DNA from: a virus
Taxonomy: Duplodnaviria; Caudoviricetes
IMG/VR virus record: IMGVR_UViG_3300042196_000420
Span: 1-46,072 of that record
DNA length: 46,072 nucleotides
Strand: one strand, 5' to 3'
The notes beneath the pieces are model-generated. The model worked only from the letters and a program-made list of their open reading frames with translations, was not told the origin of the DNA and did no database searches. The translations under genes were made by a program, and so were the position numbers. Below, one piece after another: positions 1 through 9,228 of the stretch. Numbering within the stretch: the stretch's first letter is position 1; each line of letters begins with the position of its first letter.

Positions 1-606
1 CTATTCACCTCCTTTCTGGTTCAGTGTTTTATCAATGCCCTTGAAAATGGCCACGGCAATGCGTTCCTTGAAGTCGCCATGCTCATCTCCAAGCCTCTTA
101 GCCTCTTCCGGATTTGATATAAAGGCGCATTCAACGAGGACTGAAGGCCGCTTTGTCTTATCCAAGACCCAGAGCTTGCGAGCTATGTATTCCTGTTTCT
201 TCCGGTCGTAAATCGCCTTCACGCCTCTGTCTCTGAGGCCAAGGGCTACAAGCTCTTCCTGAATCGCCCTTGCGACTTGATGTCCAGTGCTCTCTTTGCC
301 GTCCTTATCCTTCTCCGCATAGCACCAGACCTCGACACCGTTTGCCTGAGGGTCTTCGGCCGCATTACAGTGAATGGAGACGAGATAGGCATCCTTCGCA
401 TTCGCCAAGTCCGTCCGCCCTTTTAAGGAGACAGCCTTGTCGCTATCTCTGATAAGGGCAACCTCGAACTCCATGTGCGTGTCCATGACTGCCCTGAGGA
501 TGTGAGCAATCCTCAGGGCTATATCTGCTTCACGGAACGTGCCATTCACCGCTCCCGGGTCATCGCCTCCATGTCCGGGGTCTATAACGAGCCTAATCCT
601 ATTCAT
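1..606 (-). CDS. Endolysin, N-acetylmuramoyl-L-alanine amidase (Amidase_3)
   Basis: IDPGHGG-D-GA, E, SIHCNA, LVECAFISN motifs. Confidence 0.93.
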   Translation of the reverse strand: MNRIRLVIDPGHGGDDPGAVNGTFREADIALRIAHILRAVMDTHMEFEVALIRDSDKAVSLKGRTDLANAKDAYLVSIHCNAAEDPQANGVEVWCYAEKDKDGKESTGHQVARAIQEELVALGLRDRGVKAIYDRKKQEYIARKLWVLDKTKRPSVLVECAFISNPEEAKRLGDEHGDFKERIAVAIFKGIDKTLNQKGGE

Positions 607-618
607 CTATCCTCCCTT

Positions 619-855
619 CTATTTCTTAAGCAACAGATACGAAAGCATCCCCGACAGGATGACCTGAGAGACAATCATCCCGATTCTGAACCACCGTTCC
701 GACTTGCTCTCGTCATGCTTTGTGTGATGAGCCAAATGGTTGTTCAAGCCCTCTTCCATCTTTACAATCTTGCCCTCTATCCTCGGCAATACCTCGTCTA
801 TGAGAATCTCTATCTTCCCCTTAAGCTCCCCTATGGCTGAGTCTCTGTCCGTCAT
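619..855 (-). CDS. Putative holin
   Basis: 78 aa, coiled-coil N-terminus, single C-terminal hydrophobic helix, directly upstream of amidase. Confidence 0.6.
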   Translation of the reverse strand: MTDRDSAIGELKGKIEILIDEVLPRIEGKIVKMEEGLNNHLAHHTKHDESKSERWFRIGMIVSQVILSGMLSYLLLKK

Positions 856-857
856 GG

Positions 858-1556
858 CTATGCGTACTGAACCTCGATTGTTCCCTCTTTAATTACGCCG
901 CTTGGGTCAAAGACCCGCACCGTTGTAATAACCGTGTCTGTGGAGCTTGTGAGCGTCACCTCGGCATATCCGTTTACGAGGTTGACCTGCACTGCCGACA
1001 ACCTTCCCGTCTGAGTGGAGAACCGAATAAGGTCGTTGTCCTCAATCTCAGTCATCTCCGCCCCGGTCTTGCCGTTCACCTTCTGCACCATTATCCGGCA
1101 GGTAGAGAGACCGTCCGCCGGGATGTCCGGATAACCGTCCGGCGGATTGTTATCCGTTGCATCAGTCGAAACCCGCAGGAAGTTCTTTGGCGGCGGCGTG
1201 TTCGAGATGCGGTTGACATCTCTCACAAACCCCGAAGCGTCTGTTACGAGACCGTACCTTGCGGTATCGAGGTGCACCTCTGCGGGCGTGATGTCATAAT
1301 CCGTAAAGACATCGGCCACCACAAGAGGCGTATAGGCGACGCCAAGCGCCTGTAGAGGTCCGTAATCAGGTCCCACATCCATTCCGCCTGCCGGAGCCGT
1401 GTCGGCCAGAATCACAATGGCCTTGGCATTGAGCACCGTATTCGTCTCGATGACGCCATAGCGCGGCCCGATGCCTGAGATAAGCTCTTGCGCCTGAGCC
1501 AGGTCTGCAAGCTCCGCTATCACGCATTTGCCCAAAATGTCCAAGAAATAAAACAT
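858..1556 (-). CDS. Hypothetical tail/fibre-associated protein, C-terminal Ig-like beta sandwich
   Basis: Follows fibre gene; beta-rich C-terminus (VNLVNGYAEVTLTS..TTVRV); GGAGG RBS. Confidence 0.5.
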   Translation of the reverse strand: MFYFLDILGKCVIAELADLAQAQELISGIGPRYGVIETNTVLNAKAIVILADTAPAGGMDVGPDYGPLQALGVAYTPLVVADVFTDYDITPAEVHLDTARYGLVTDASGFVRDVNRISNTPPPKNFLRVSTDATDNNPPDGYPDIPADGLSTCRIMVQKVNGKTGAEMTEIEDNDLIRFSTQTGRLSAVQVNLVNGYAEVTLTSSTDTVITTVRVFDPSGVIKEGTIEVQYA

Positions 1557-1568
1557 GCTCTTACCTCC

Positions 1569-3386
1569 TTATGTCTGTGGAATCTTGTAATAGGTGAAGT
1601 AGATATTTCCGCTTGCGTAAGCAGGCCCGCTTCCCCAGTAGGTGTATCCAGAAGGCCCCCGGAAGTTGTAACTGACCAGCAGGTCCGAATGCCTTGCAGT
1701 AAGCTGTTTAGATGTATCGCTTCCGATGCCTGTCAAATCGAATACGGTTACCTCATCCGAGGGCACAAGCTGAAGCGAGTTGATTTTAAACGCCCACCAG
1801 CTCGGGTTATTGGTCTGGTAGATTCCGTTGAAGGAAATGTAAAAGTCCTTTATCCATGCCGGATTTGGGATGTAGTCGAAATCCCAGTCCGCAAGGAGCA
1901 CTCCGGAACCCGAATAGAATCCCCCGTTCTCACCGCCATCCTTTTCAAGGTGAATGCGGAACATATTGTCTGCGAAATACAAGCTGGTGTTCAGTATGAA
2001 ATAAAGCCTGAACGAGCCTGCAAACTGAATCGGGCTTGCCTCTCCGTTCTGATAGGTCTTCCAGTAGCCGTTATTCAAGATATTGTTCTGCTTGTTGCTC
2101 AGGTGATAGTAAGCGCTTGCGCCGTTAAGCCCTGCAAGGAGGTTGTGGTTGATTAACGCCGGGTCTGAGGCAAGCTCGGAGGCGTGCTTTCCGTCCACTG
2201 TATCGGCATCGAGACCGCTTTGGGCGCCGTCAACGGTCTTGATTGCAGTAAGTATCTCGCTTGCGGTCTGGTCTGCTGTGGCCCCGGATTCTATGCCGTC
2301 GAGCTTTGATTTATCGTCTTTAGACATGAATCCGGCTTGAGTAATAATTGCGACCGGATGCTCTGAAGTGCCTCCGGCCCCTCTATGCTCGACTCCGTCA
2401 AGAAGGTCTGCATCGAGACCAGAGCCTGAGCCGTCTACAGTCTTAAGGGCCGAGAGAATCTCGGAGGCCGTCTGGTCAGCCGTGGCCCCGGATTCGATAC
2501 CATCGAGCTTGGCTTTGTCTGATGCCGACATGGCCCCCTTGGAAGTCTGAGTAGCGGTATCTACGCCAAGAGGGACATCCCCGGCCGTCCCGCCTCCGGT
2601 AAGGGGAGCCGAGGGCGTTATCTTTGTTATTCCTTTAAACGAGCCGTCGTTGTTGAGCATGACATCGAGACGGCTATCAAGAGAGGATTTCGTTCCACGA
2701 GCAGTGGTTACCTCGTCCCGGACAGGGGCAACTATACTGTCTGCCTTGGATACCGTGGTTATCGAATTTGAAGCATTCGGGTTTTCCATGCCGTTAAAGG
2801 CGTCGGCCTCGTCTTCGCTGACATCCGACAAGTCTTTGAGGGCAGTTACTTCTTTGCCGGAGTTCTTCCGGTACCTGAGGTCAATCTCGTTAGTCTGCGG
2901 GTTATCCGGGTTGGCCGCATTGGTTATTGAAACTGCCCCTGCACCGAGAATTACCCGAGCAAGCTCGACAGCAGGAACCGAGGGTGCTGATGTGATAGCC
3001 TCAAGCTGGTAGCTGTCCTGAGTGTATTTGTTCTGGTATCCCGCTATCTCATCCACAAAGTAAGGCTCTACCTCGACCTCGTTATGCTTGAGCGTGATGT
3101 AGACTGTCCTTGTGCCCGATGCAGGGACGAGGCTCGCAAGGTCTATCTCCTGAACGGACTCAATCTCCGGGTCGTTGCCGTTTGCATCGAGCGCCCTGCC
3201 TCCATGAACCTGAACCTTGAGAGATGCCGGAGTAGTCTCCGTCACCTCAAGGCCGACAACGACTCCCTCCGAGTGCTCGTTTGCAAGGTGCTTCTTTCGC
3301 TTCTCATTCAGATATTGTTGTTCTGTCTCAGCCTCCGTTCGATTAACGAACAGGTATTTAAGCCACTTCAATTTTTTAAGCGCCAT
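1569..3386 (-). CDS. Tail fibre / receptor-binding protein
   Basis: N-terminal baseplate-anchor region (GVVVGLEV..VHGGRALDANG), GLDADxxDG fibre repeats, aromatic beta-rich C-terminus. Confidence 0.8.
   Translation of the reverse strand: MALKKLKWLKYLFVNRTEAETEQQYLNEKRKKHLANEHSEGVVVGLEVTETTPASLKVQVHGGRALDANGNDPEIESVQEIDLASLVPASGTRTVYITLKHNEVEVEPYFVDEIAGYQNKYTQDSYQLEAITSAPSVPAVELARVILGAGAVSITNAANPDNPQTNEIDLRYRKNSGKEVTALKDLSDVSEDEADAFNGMENPNASNSITTVSKADSIVAPVRDEVTTARGTKSSLDSRLDVMLNNDGSFKGITKITPSAPLTGGGTAGDVPLGVDTATQTSKGAMSASDKAKLDGIESGATADQTASEILSALKTVDGSGSGLDADLLDGVEHRGAGGTSEHPVAIITQAGFMSKDDKSKLDGIESGATADQTASEILTAIKTVDGAQSGLDADTVDGKHASELASDPALINHNLLAGLNGASAYYHLSNKQNNILNNGYWKTYQNGEASPIQFAGSFRLYFILNTSLYFADNMFRIHLEKDGGENGGFYSGSGVLLADWDFDYIPNPAWIKDFYISFNGIYQTNNPSWWAFKINSLQLVPSDEVTVFDLTGIGSDTSKQLTARHSDLLVSYNFRGPSGYTYWGSGPAYASGNIYFTYYKIPQT
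2191..2535 (-). repeat. Two ~47-aa repeats within fibre (MS..DKxKLDGIESGATADQTASEILxAxKTVDG..SGLDADxxDG)
   Basis: Direct comparison of the translated segments; coordinates approximate. Confidence 0.85.
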
Positions 3387-3388
3387 CT

Positions 3389-4006
3389 CTAACCTCCTAT
3401 CTCTATATCTGCACCGATTGTTGAACGAATCCCGACCTGCCAGAAACCTTCATACCAGCCGAAGTGAATCACCCTCGTGTGGGCGGGCTTCTGGAGTTCG
3501 ACCACGGCCATAATCTTCCGCTTCTGTTCGGTGGAGAGCTTCTCGAACGAATTGACTATCACCGAGAAGCTGTGCGGGTCTTCCCTTGCCTCGTATATCT
3601 TCGTATCCTCTCCGAGAGTGGATTGCACCCCGATTCTCCAACCTGTCTTAAACGGCTCGATAATCTCCGGCCTTATCCCTGTGTAAATCTCGACGAAAGT
3701 CTTGATGCCCTCGATGGTTCCACGCCACTTATAGAGGTCAACGATTCTTTGTATAAGCTCACGCCGTCTGCTTTCGGGCCAAGTCTCATCGAGGGCAAGT
3801 GCAACCCACGAGGCAAGCCATGGCAGAAACTCCGCCCTCGTCCTTTCAGGGTTCAGGTAGTTATGAAGCCCGTCAATCTCGAATTCGAGTTCCTGAAGGA
3901 CATCTCCAAAGAGCGAGAGCAGACGATAGGGATAACCTTCCTTCCCGTCCTCCCGATAGATGGCCGGGAGGTTTCTGAAGAGGTAGTCCGTGTAGCTCTC
4001 TTTCAT
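3389..4006 (-). CDS. Baseplate wedge protein, P2 gpI-like (phage tail protein domain)
   Basis: LPAIY..FLPWLASWV..RRELI..LYKWRGT..KPAHT motif. Confidence 0.88.
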   Translation of the reverse strand: MKESYTDYLFRNLPAIYREDGKEGYPYRLLSLFGDVLQELEFEIDGLHNYLNPERTRAEFLPWLASWVALALDETWPESRRRELIQRIVDLYKWRGTIEGIKTFVEIYTGIRPEIIEPFKTGWRIGVQSTLGEDTKIYEAREDPHSFSVIVNSFEKLSTEQKRKIMAVVELQKPAHTRVIHFGWYEGFWQVGIRSTIGADIEIGG

Positions 4007-4007
4007 C

Positions 4008-5900
4008 TCATACCACCGTTATGGAGACCGTCCCCACAAGGGGAAGCTGGTTCTTCTCGATTACAAGATTCGATGCCGGAGCCGTAATTGTCTCCACATG
4101 GTCAACACCTGGAATCCGCTCCATGAGTTCGTAAAGCTCCGAGAGATATATGTCTCTTCCGAACTCCCAGCCGGAGCCTCGCTCATCATCTGTTCCTTCG
4201 ATGTAATCCACAGCCATCTGTGCATCGCCTCCAGATTCGGGGTTCAGAAATTCGGAGATTACATTTTCAACCTTGTCCTCAAGAGCGCTTGTATTTGCTT
4301 CCTCGGTCTTTGAGACTCTAACTTCGATGTCAACCGTGATATATTCCGGGTCTATGACATGAAGCTGGGCTGTAACGAGTCTCCTCGTATCGAGATACTC
4401 CCGGATAGCGTCCCTAAGTGCCGTGCTCAGCGTCCCGCCTCCTTTTGGCATAGCGATGATGGAGACCACGCCGGGTGTTTCCTCGTCCGGCTTCGCCGGG
4501 TCGAATAAGGGGAGCGTCTTTGCCCGTGCAATTCCGGTGGAACTCTCAAGAGTAAGGGTCTCGAAGTCCTCGTTTGTAACAGCTCGGTTTTTGGTTTTGA
4601 GCTGTTCGGTCGGGCCCCTTTCGATTGCCTGCTCGATGGTCTCCTCGTCGCCACCGCCTTTTGCGGCCTCTTTGTTATGGCAAGAGTCTATGTAGACATG
4701 GGAGCTTCGAAGCTGGTTAATCGAATTGGCCCCGACATTGCCCTTGGAGCCGCCTCCATATCTATAAGGAGCGGCCTTGATGTTGTCTTTGCCTGTATCA
4801 GGTATCTTCCCCGTTATGCCGTCGCCAAAAAGAACTTCTCCTGTTCCTTGATTAAGGATGTAGTGCTTATCTGAGTCAGAGGACACCGTGAAGTCCTCGA
4901 CCTCTGCCCATTCCTGAAAGCCCCGGCCTTCGTCTATGAGAACCTCTATGTCGAGCACCGGGACATTCGAGAGATAGAACCTCTGGTCGGGATAACCGTT
5001 GCTTGAGCTAAGCACTTCCTCGTCTATCTGAGCGGCGTTTGAGACAGAGACCCGACCATATATCTCGTCAATCCGGAACTGCTTGATTGAAGCAAATACA
5101 GCATCCGCTGAGGCCGACACGATTCTGAACCTGAGCCAAGTGGCCTCGATGTCGTTCACCTTACCCGCCTCCCAATCGGCCGGGATGCTAAATGTAACCT
5201 CGCCTGATTTAGAGAAGACTTCTGTCTCGTCCTTAATCTCAAGTTCCGTCCATTCGAATGTGCCGTCCGGCAAAGCGCGATAATATTCCCAGACACCTTC
5301 TATATCTCCGACTCTCGGAGTCTCAACGGACACAATCAGCTTTTCAAAGTAGTTGTTCTCCTGATAAGCGAGATAGAGAATATCACCTTCAGCAAGTGCC
5401 TTTGAAAGCGGATTGAACGCCCCAAGAGAACCATCGGCATAAGACGAAGAGTCTGAATATGCTCCTTCCTGATAGCCGAGGCACTTGTATATCCTTGCCG
5501 CATGGATTGTAAGGTCCTCGTCTGTCGTGAAAATGACCTGATCCTCTCCGCTTCCGGCGGTGGCTATCTCAAAGCCCTTTCTCAGGTAAACATCGAATGT
5601 CTGAGGGGCCGAGAGCTTGAAGAACTCCATCGCCTTGGAAACCGATGGCGGAGTAAGGGTCACGCCTATCATGTTCAAATACTCCCGCATATGCTTGGGC
5701 AGTACCTGATTGAGCCTATAGATAAGCTCCTCGATGCCCATAGAGAAAAGCTCGATAAGCGTAATGCCGGGGTCGGAGACATTCCAGTCCGTCCATTCGG
5801 GACAGCGTTTGGGAATCTCCTTGACGAGAGAGTCCTTTATAGCCCGCCAGTCCCGGTCATCGAGGTTGGGAACGGGTATGAGTCTTCCTTTTACGCTCAT
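4008..5900 (-). CDS. Baseplate J-like protein (Afp11/eCIS type)
   Basis: PNLDDR..PEWTDWNVSDPGITLIELF; FGDG..GKIP; RAVTNEDFE; GWEFGRD. Confidence 0.92.
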   Translation of the reverse strand: MSVKGRLIPVPNLDDRDWRAIKDSLVKEIPKRCPEWTDWNVSDPGITLIELFSMGIEELIYRLNQVLPKHMREYLNMIGVTLTPPSVSKAMEFFKLSAPQTFDVYLRKGFEIATAGSGEDQVIFTTDEDLTIHAARIYKCLGYQEGAYSDSSSYADGSLGAFNPLSKALAEGDILYLAYQENNYFEKLIVSVETPRVGDIEGVWEYYRALPDGTFEWTELEIKDETEVFSKSGEVTFSIPADWEAGKVNDIEATWLRFRIVSASADAVFASIKQFRIDEIYGRVSVSNAAQIDEEVLSSSNGYPDQRFYLSNVPVLDIEVLIDEGRGFQEWAEVEDFTVSSDSDKHYILNQGTGEVLFGDGITGKIPDTGKDNIKAAPYRYGGGSKGNVGANSINQLRSSHVYIDSCHNKEAAKGGGDEETIEQAIERGPTEQLKTKNRAVTNEDFETLTLESSTGIARAKTLPLFDPAKPDEETPGVVSIIAMPKGGGTLSTALRDAIREYLDTRRLVTAQLHVIDPEYITVDIEVRVSKTEEANTSALEDKVENVISEFLNPESGGDAQMAVDYIEGTDDERGSGWEFGRDIYLSELYELMERIPGVDHVETITAPASNLVIEKNQLPLVGTVSITVV

Positions 5901-6286
5901 CAGGGAAGCCCCTTTCTGAAAAACGGAAACACGAAGTTGTTCTCCGTATTCGTTCTCCGTATTACATAGCTCACATCCACGAGCACCTTCTCTCTCAATA
6001 GCCTTGCCTCGACCGATTTTATTTCGATCCTCGGCTCCCAGCGTTTTAGGGCATTCTCCACATAGAACTCAATCTTCCCGGCAAGCGAGGCATCCGCCGG
6101 GTCGAATAAGAGGTCATAGACCGCGCATCCGAAATCCGGCCTCATGGCCCGCTCTCCAAGGGCGGTGCCGAGGATAATCCGGCATGCTTCTTTGACGTCG
6201 TCCTCGTATTTCTGTAAGCGGTTTCCGCCCTTGGCATTCACGGCAACCGGAAATGCCCATCCTGTCCCTAAGAACTCGCCAGCCAT
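5900..6286 (-). CDS. GPW/gp25 family baseplate wedge / sheath initiator
   Basis: FLGTGWAFP..ILGTALGERAMRPDFGC..WEPRI..NFVFPF. Confidence 0.92.
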   Translation of the reverse strand: MAGEFLGTGWAFPVAVNAKGGNRLQKYEDDVKEACRIILGTALGERAMRPDFGCAVYDLLFDPADASLAGKIEFYVENALKRWEPRIEIKSVEARLLREKVLVDVSYVIRRTNTENNFVFPFFRKGLP

Positions 6287-6534
6287 CAGTAGACCTTCCC
6301 CGTATGTTCACCATCCGGCGCACCGGACGATGTTTGAACCACGGCGTTCTGAGTAATCTCATCCACTACGCTCTCGGCTATGGCGTCCGAGAGGATGCGG
6401 AGATTGTTAGAGGGCTTAAGTGCCTGATTGCCTGCCTCCGAGCCTTTATCTGGCATGGCTTCCATATCCCCGCCGAAGCCCGCGATAAGCGCATTGTATA
6501 TGCGGTCTGAGAGGCTCGATTTCGATAGCGCCAT
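6286..6534 (-). CDS. Small baseplate-region hypothetical protein (start MALSK at 6534)
   Basis: Start and stop overlap both neighbours by 1 nt; AIAESVVDEI helix. Confidence 0.6.
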   Translation of the reverse strand: MALSKSSLSDRIYNALIAGFGGDMEAMPDKGSEAGNQALKPSNNLRILSDAIAESVVDEITQNAVVQTSSGAPDGEHTGKVY

Positions 6535-7181
6535 CAGCTTTCCCCCTTTACTGTGGTCGAGCACCCTATAGGCGCGCCCGTCACAAAGCACACTGGATGG
6601 CTCTGCTTTGTAATGACTCCTGAGAGCTTGCTTCCTTCTCCGATGTCCACCAGAGGGGCCTTCACGATTACCTTGTCATTGGCCTCGATGGTTATCTTAT
6701 TTTCCGTCGCTTCCCACTCCACATACTGCCCGGACTTATCCTCGATGCGGATTTTCTCTTTGCCCTCGTTATCGTCAAAGACAATCTTATGGCCCGATTT
6801 GGTCTCAAGCACCCGGACATTCTTATCTCCGTCATTAGGCTTTCCGTCCACATCGCTGTACCAGAACCCAAGCCAGACAGGACGGTTCAGGTCTCCGGCC
6901 TCAAACATTATCCAGACGCCGTCTCCTGCCTGAGGCTCCTCAGCCCCCTCGGTTACAGGCGAAGGCATAAAGAACCAGCCGTGTCCTCCGCCTCCAAACG
7001 GGGCGCAGTAAGAGGCCCAGTTGGTCTCGTCCTTATCTCCCAAAAGCTCATGCACCTTTGCTTTGATTCGCCCCAAATTCTGAGGGTCGTTAATGTTGGT
7101 CACCACTCCCCTATAGATGCCGAAGTATCTGTTTTTGAGCCTCTCAAGTTTTTCGTCTTTAAGCTTCTCGTAGATATTCAT
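6534..7181 (-). CDS. Baseplate spike (gpV/gp5 OB-fold, VgrG C-terminal half)
   Basis: GIYRGVVTNINDPQNLGRIK..VWIMFEAGDLNRPVWLG..TKSGHKIVFDD; start at ATGA overlap. Confidence 0.9.
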   Translation of the reverse strand: MNIYEKLKDEKLERLKNRYFGIYRGVVTNINDPQNLGRIKAKVHELLGDKDETNWASYCAPFGGGGHGWFFMPSPVTEGAEEPQAGDGVWIMFEAGDLNRPVWLGFWYSDVDGKPNDGDKNVRVLETKSGHKIVFDDNEGKEKIRIEDKSGQYVEWEATENKITIEANDKVIVKAPLVDIGEGSKLSGVITKQSHPVCFVTGAPIGCSTTVKGES

Positions 7182-8242
7182 GAGACCGCATTCCTCTTGC
7201 ACTCAAAATCGCAAAGATATCCGCTGTCATCGAGAGTATGGGTAACTCTCGTCACATAGTAGGTCCCTGAAAACTTCTTCCCCACGCCCTCTATCTCAAG
7301 AAGGCTTTTGGCCCTAAGCTCCGTATCGCCAACGCATGTGCCCGTTGCCTCGATAAGCTCGTACTCCTTCTTTCTGAAGTAAGCCTTGGCTATCTCCTCG
7401 GCCTCTTTCTGAGTCGTTGGGACTTTATCGAATAGAATCTTTGCGCCTTCTCCATAGTCCTCTTTTACAAAGTCGGATGCCGACCTCTTTCCGAGAACCG
7501 GCCTTTCAGATGTCTTGCTCGTGGCAACGGCGACAATGGGGGCTTTCTTCTTCTCGTCCCATCCTTTGACAACCACCTTTGAGACCTGCCCGGATGTGGT
7601 AAGCCGGGGTTCAAAGCTCTTAAGGTTCCTTCTATACTCGAATACGCCCGGAATCTTCTTTATGTAATCCTTGGGCCTATGGAAATGAAACTCATCCATC
7701 TCCACATATAGCTCAAAGCCGATTCTCTCGGCCCGCTCCTTCAGAAACTCCCAGTCCGTAAGGTTTCCCTGTGCGACATATGGAATCAATGTCTTGGTCT
7801 CGTCTATGACCATCTGGTTACCCTTAAACCCGTATTTGGATGCAATCTTTCTGGCGAGCTTGGAATCCGTAATGTTCTGCCATGTGGTATTTGACTTCTC
7901 TTCGCTATGCCGCATGAGATAAGAAAGGTCGTATGCCCTGAGGGTAAGAGTCGGCACGCCGCTTTCAGGGAATGAAAGCTCGGGCCTTACAACCTTTCCC
8001 TTAAAGACCCGTTTCAGGTCATAGCCATATCCGAGATATAGCTCAATGACATTTCCGTTTTCGAATAGCTCCGAGTCCACCCATTTAGAGTCCTTGTTAT
8101 TTACGGTAAGGGTTGCCATATCCACATCGCTTGCGTGGTCTTCATAGCTCACGGAGATGATGTCTCCAGAGATGTCCTCGCTTATCTCCTTGCCCTCTAT
8201 TTTTACGATTCTGTTAGGAGCTATATTGCTCATTTGCCCCAC
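7178..8242 (-). CDS. Baseplate hub (late control D / gp27-like, VgrG N-terminal half)
   Basis: LYLGYG, QGNLTDWEFLKERAERIGFE, VKGWD, GVGKKFSGTYYVTRVTH. Confidence 0.9.
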   Translation of the reverse strand: MGQMSNIAPNRIVKIEGKEISEDISGDIISVSYEDHASDVDMATLTVNNKDSKWVDSELFENGNVIELYLGYGYDLKRVFKGKVVRPELSFPESGVPTLTLRAYDLSYLMRHSEEKSNTTWQNITDSKLARKIASKYGFKGNQMVIDETKTLIPYVAQGNLTDWEFLKERAERIGFELYVEMDEFHFHRPKDYIKKIPGVFEYRRNLKSFEPRLTTSGQVSKVVVKGWDEKKKAPIVAVATSKTSERPVLGKRSASDFVKEDYGEGAKILFDKVPTTQKEAEEIAKAYFRKKEYELIEATGTCVGDTELRAKSLLEIEGVGKKFSGTYYVTRVTHTLDDSGYLCDFECKRNAVS

Positions 8243-9099
8243 ACCCCCAATGAGGGCTTGAAGTGATTGCCCGCTCCCTCCATGCCTATCTTCTGGCCGA
8301 TTCTCAGCGTCTCCATCGTCTCAGGCGGAAAACCCGTTATCCGCTCTATGATTCCAAGGGGCTGTCTTGGGTCAGGTATCATCATCGCTACTCCTTCCTT
8401 TATATCCCGCACCTTCTCATAGCCCTTCTTTGCCTTGTTTGCGAAATCCACGACGCGCCAGTAGGCAGGCGAGCCGTAATGCTTTGTTGAAATAGACTGA
8501 GGGGATTCACCTTCCTTGGCTATGTGGGTTTTGGTTTCGCCTTCTTTTGAGAGCTTCTCCGCATCCTTGATACCGCCCTCCTCAGCCGGAGCGAATGCGG
8601 AGTTGCTTCCATTCTTTCCGCTATAGACAGGCTCCTTGGAAAGCGTCTCTTTTTCCGACCCGCTTAATGAAAATTCCTCCCCGGCCTCTTTATAAGAACG
8701 AAGTGCAAGGGCCACCGTCGCCTCGATAGGCGTGCCTTCACGGTCGAACATCGTGTATCGGGTAGAGACCGAGCCGATAACGCACGGAAACTGAAACTTC
8801 CCCCATGAAAACAGGCATACCGGCGGTGCAAGCGTCTCATCGGTCTTTTCAACCAGAGCCTCAAGCTTTTTTACCGCATCCCTTACATCGAAGCTCCGGT
8901 CGTAATTGTCGGCATTGAAGTAGACCTCAAGCGATAGGCTTCTCAGTCCGCCTCTTACAAACTGTTGAAGAGGGAAGTTAAGCCCGGGGATGCCTATCTC
9001 GGCCCAGTTCACTTCCTTTGAGCTTTCAAACTCGGGCGGATTGTACTCAAACCATATGGTATCGCCCTGAGGAATGACCGGGGTTATTGAGCCTTTCAT
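8230..9099 (-). CDS. CIS tube initiator with LysM-like C-terminus (Afp7/Pvc7-like)
   Basis: FEYNP..W..GLNFPLQQFVRGG..PPVCLFSWG..YTMFDREGTP; LysM-like HIAKEGES..YGSPAYWR. Confidence 0.85.
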   Translation of the reverse strand: MKGSITPVIPQGDTIWFEYNPPEFESSKEVNWAEIGIPGLNFPLQQFVRGGLRSLSLEVYFNADNYDRSFDVRDAVKKLEALVEKTDETLAPPVCLFSWGKFQFPCVIGSVSTRYTMFDREGTPIEATVALALRSYKEAGEEFSLSGSEKETLSKEPVYSGKNGSNSAFAPAEEGGIKDAEKLSKEGETKTHIAKEGESPQSISTKHYGSPAYWRVVDFANKAKKGYEKVRDIKEGVAMMIPDPRQPLGIIERITGFPPETMETLRIGQKIGMEGAGNHFKPSLGVWGK

Positions 9100-9228
9100 A
9101 GAGCCTCCTTACCATCAGGGTTGGCAGGGTTGGCCACGTTTGAGTCTTTACAAGGGAGTGGCATCATCCTTCCACCCCTATCAAAAGAATTGAACATGGC
9201 TAAACGTGGTGGTTCCTGTGGCATAACC

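Noticed and set aside
1569-3386. Diversity-generating retroelement or invertible fibre cassette
   Set aside because: No reverse transcriptase, no adenine-specific TR/VR pair seen, no invertase or inverted fibre copies nearby
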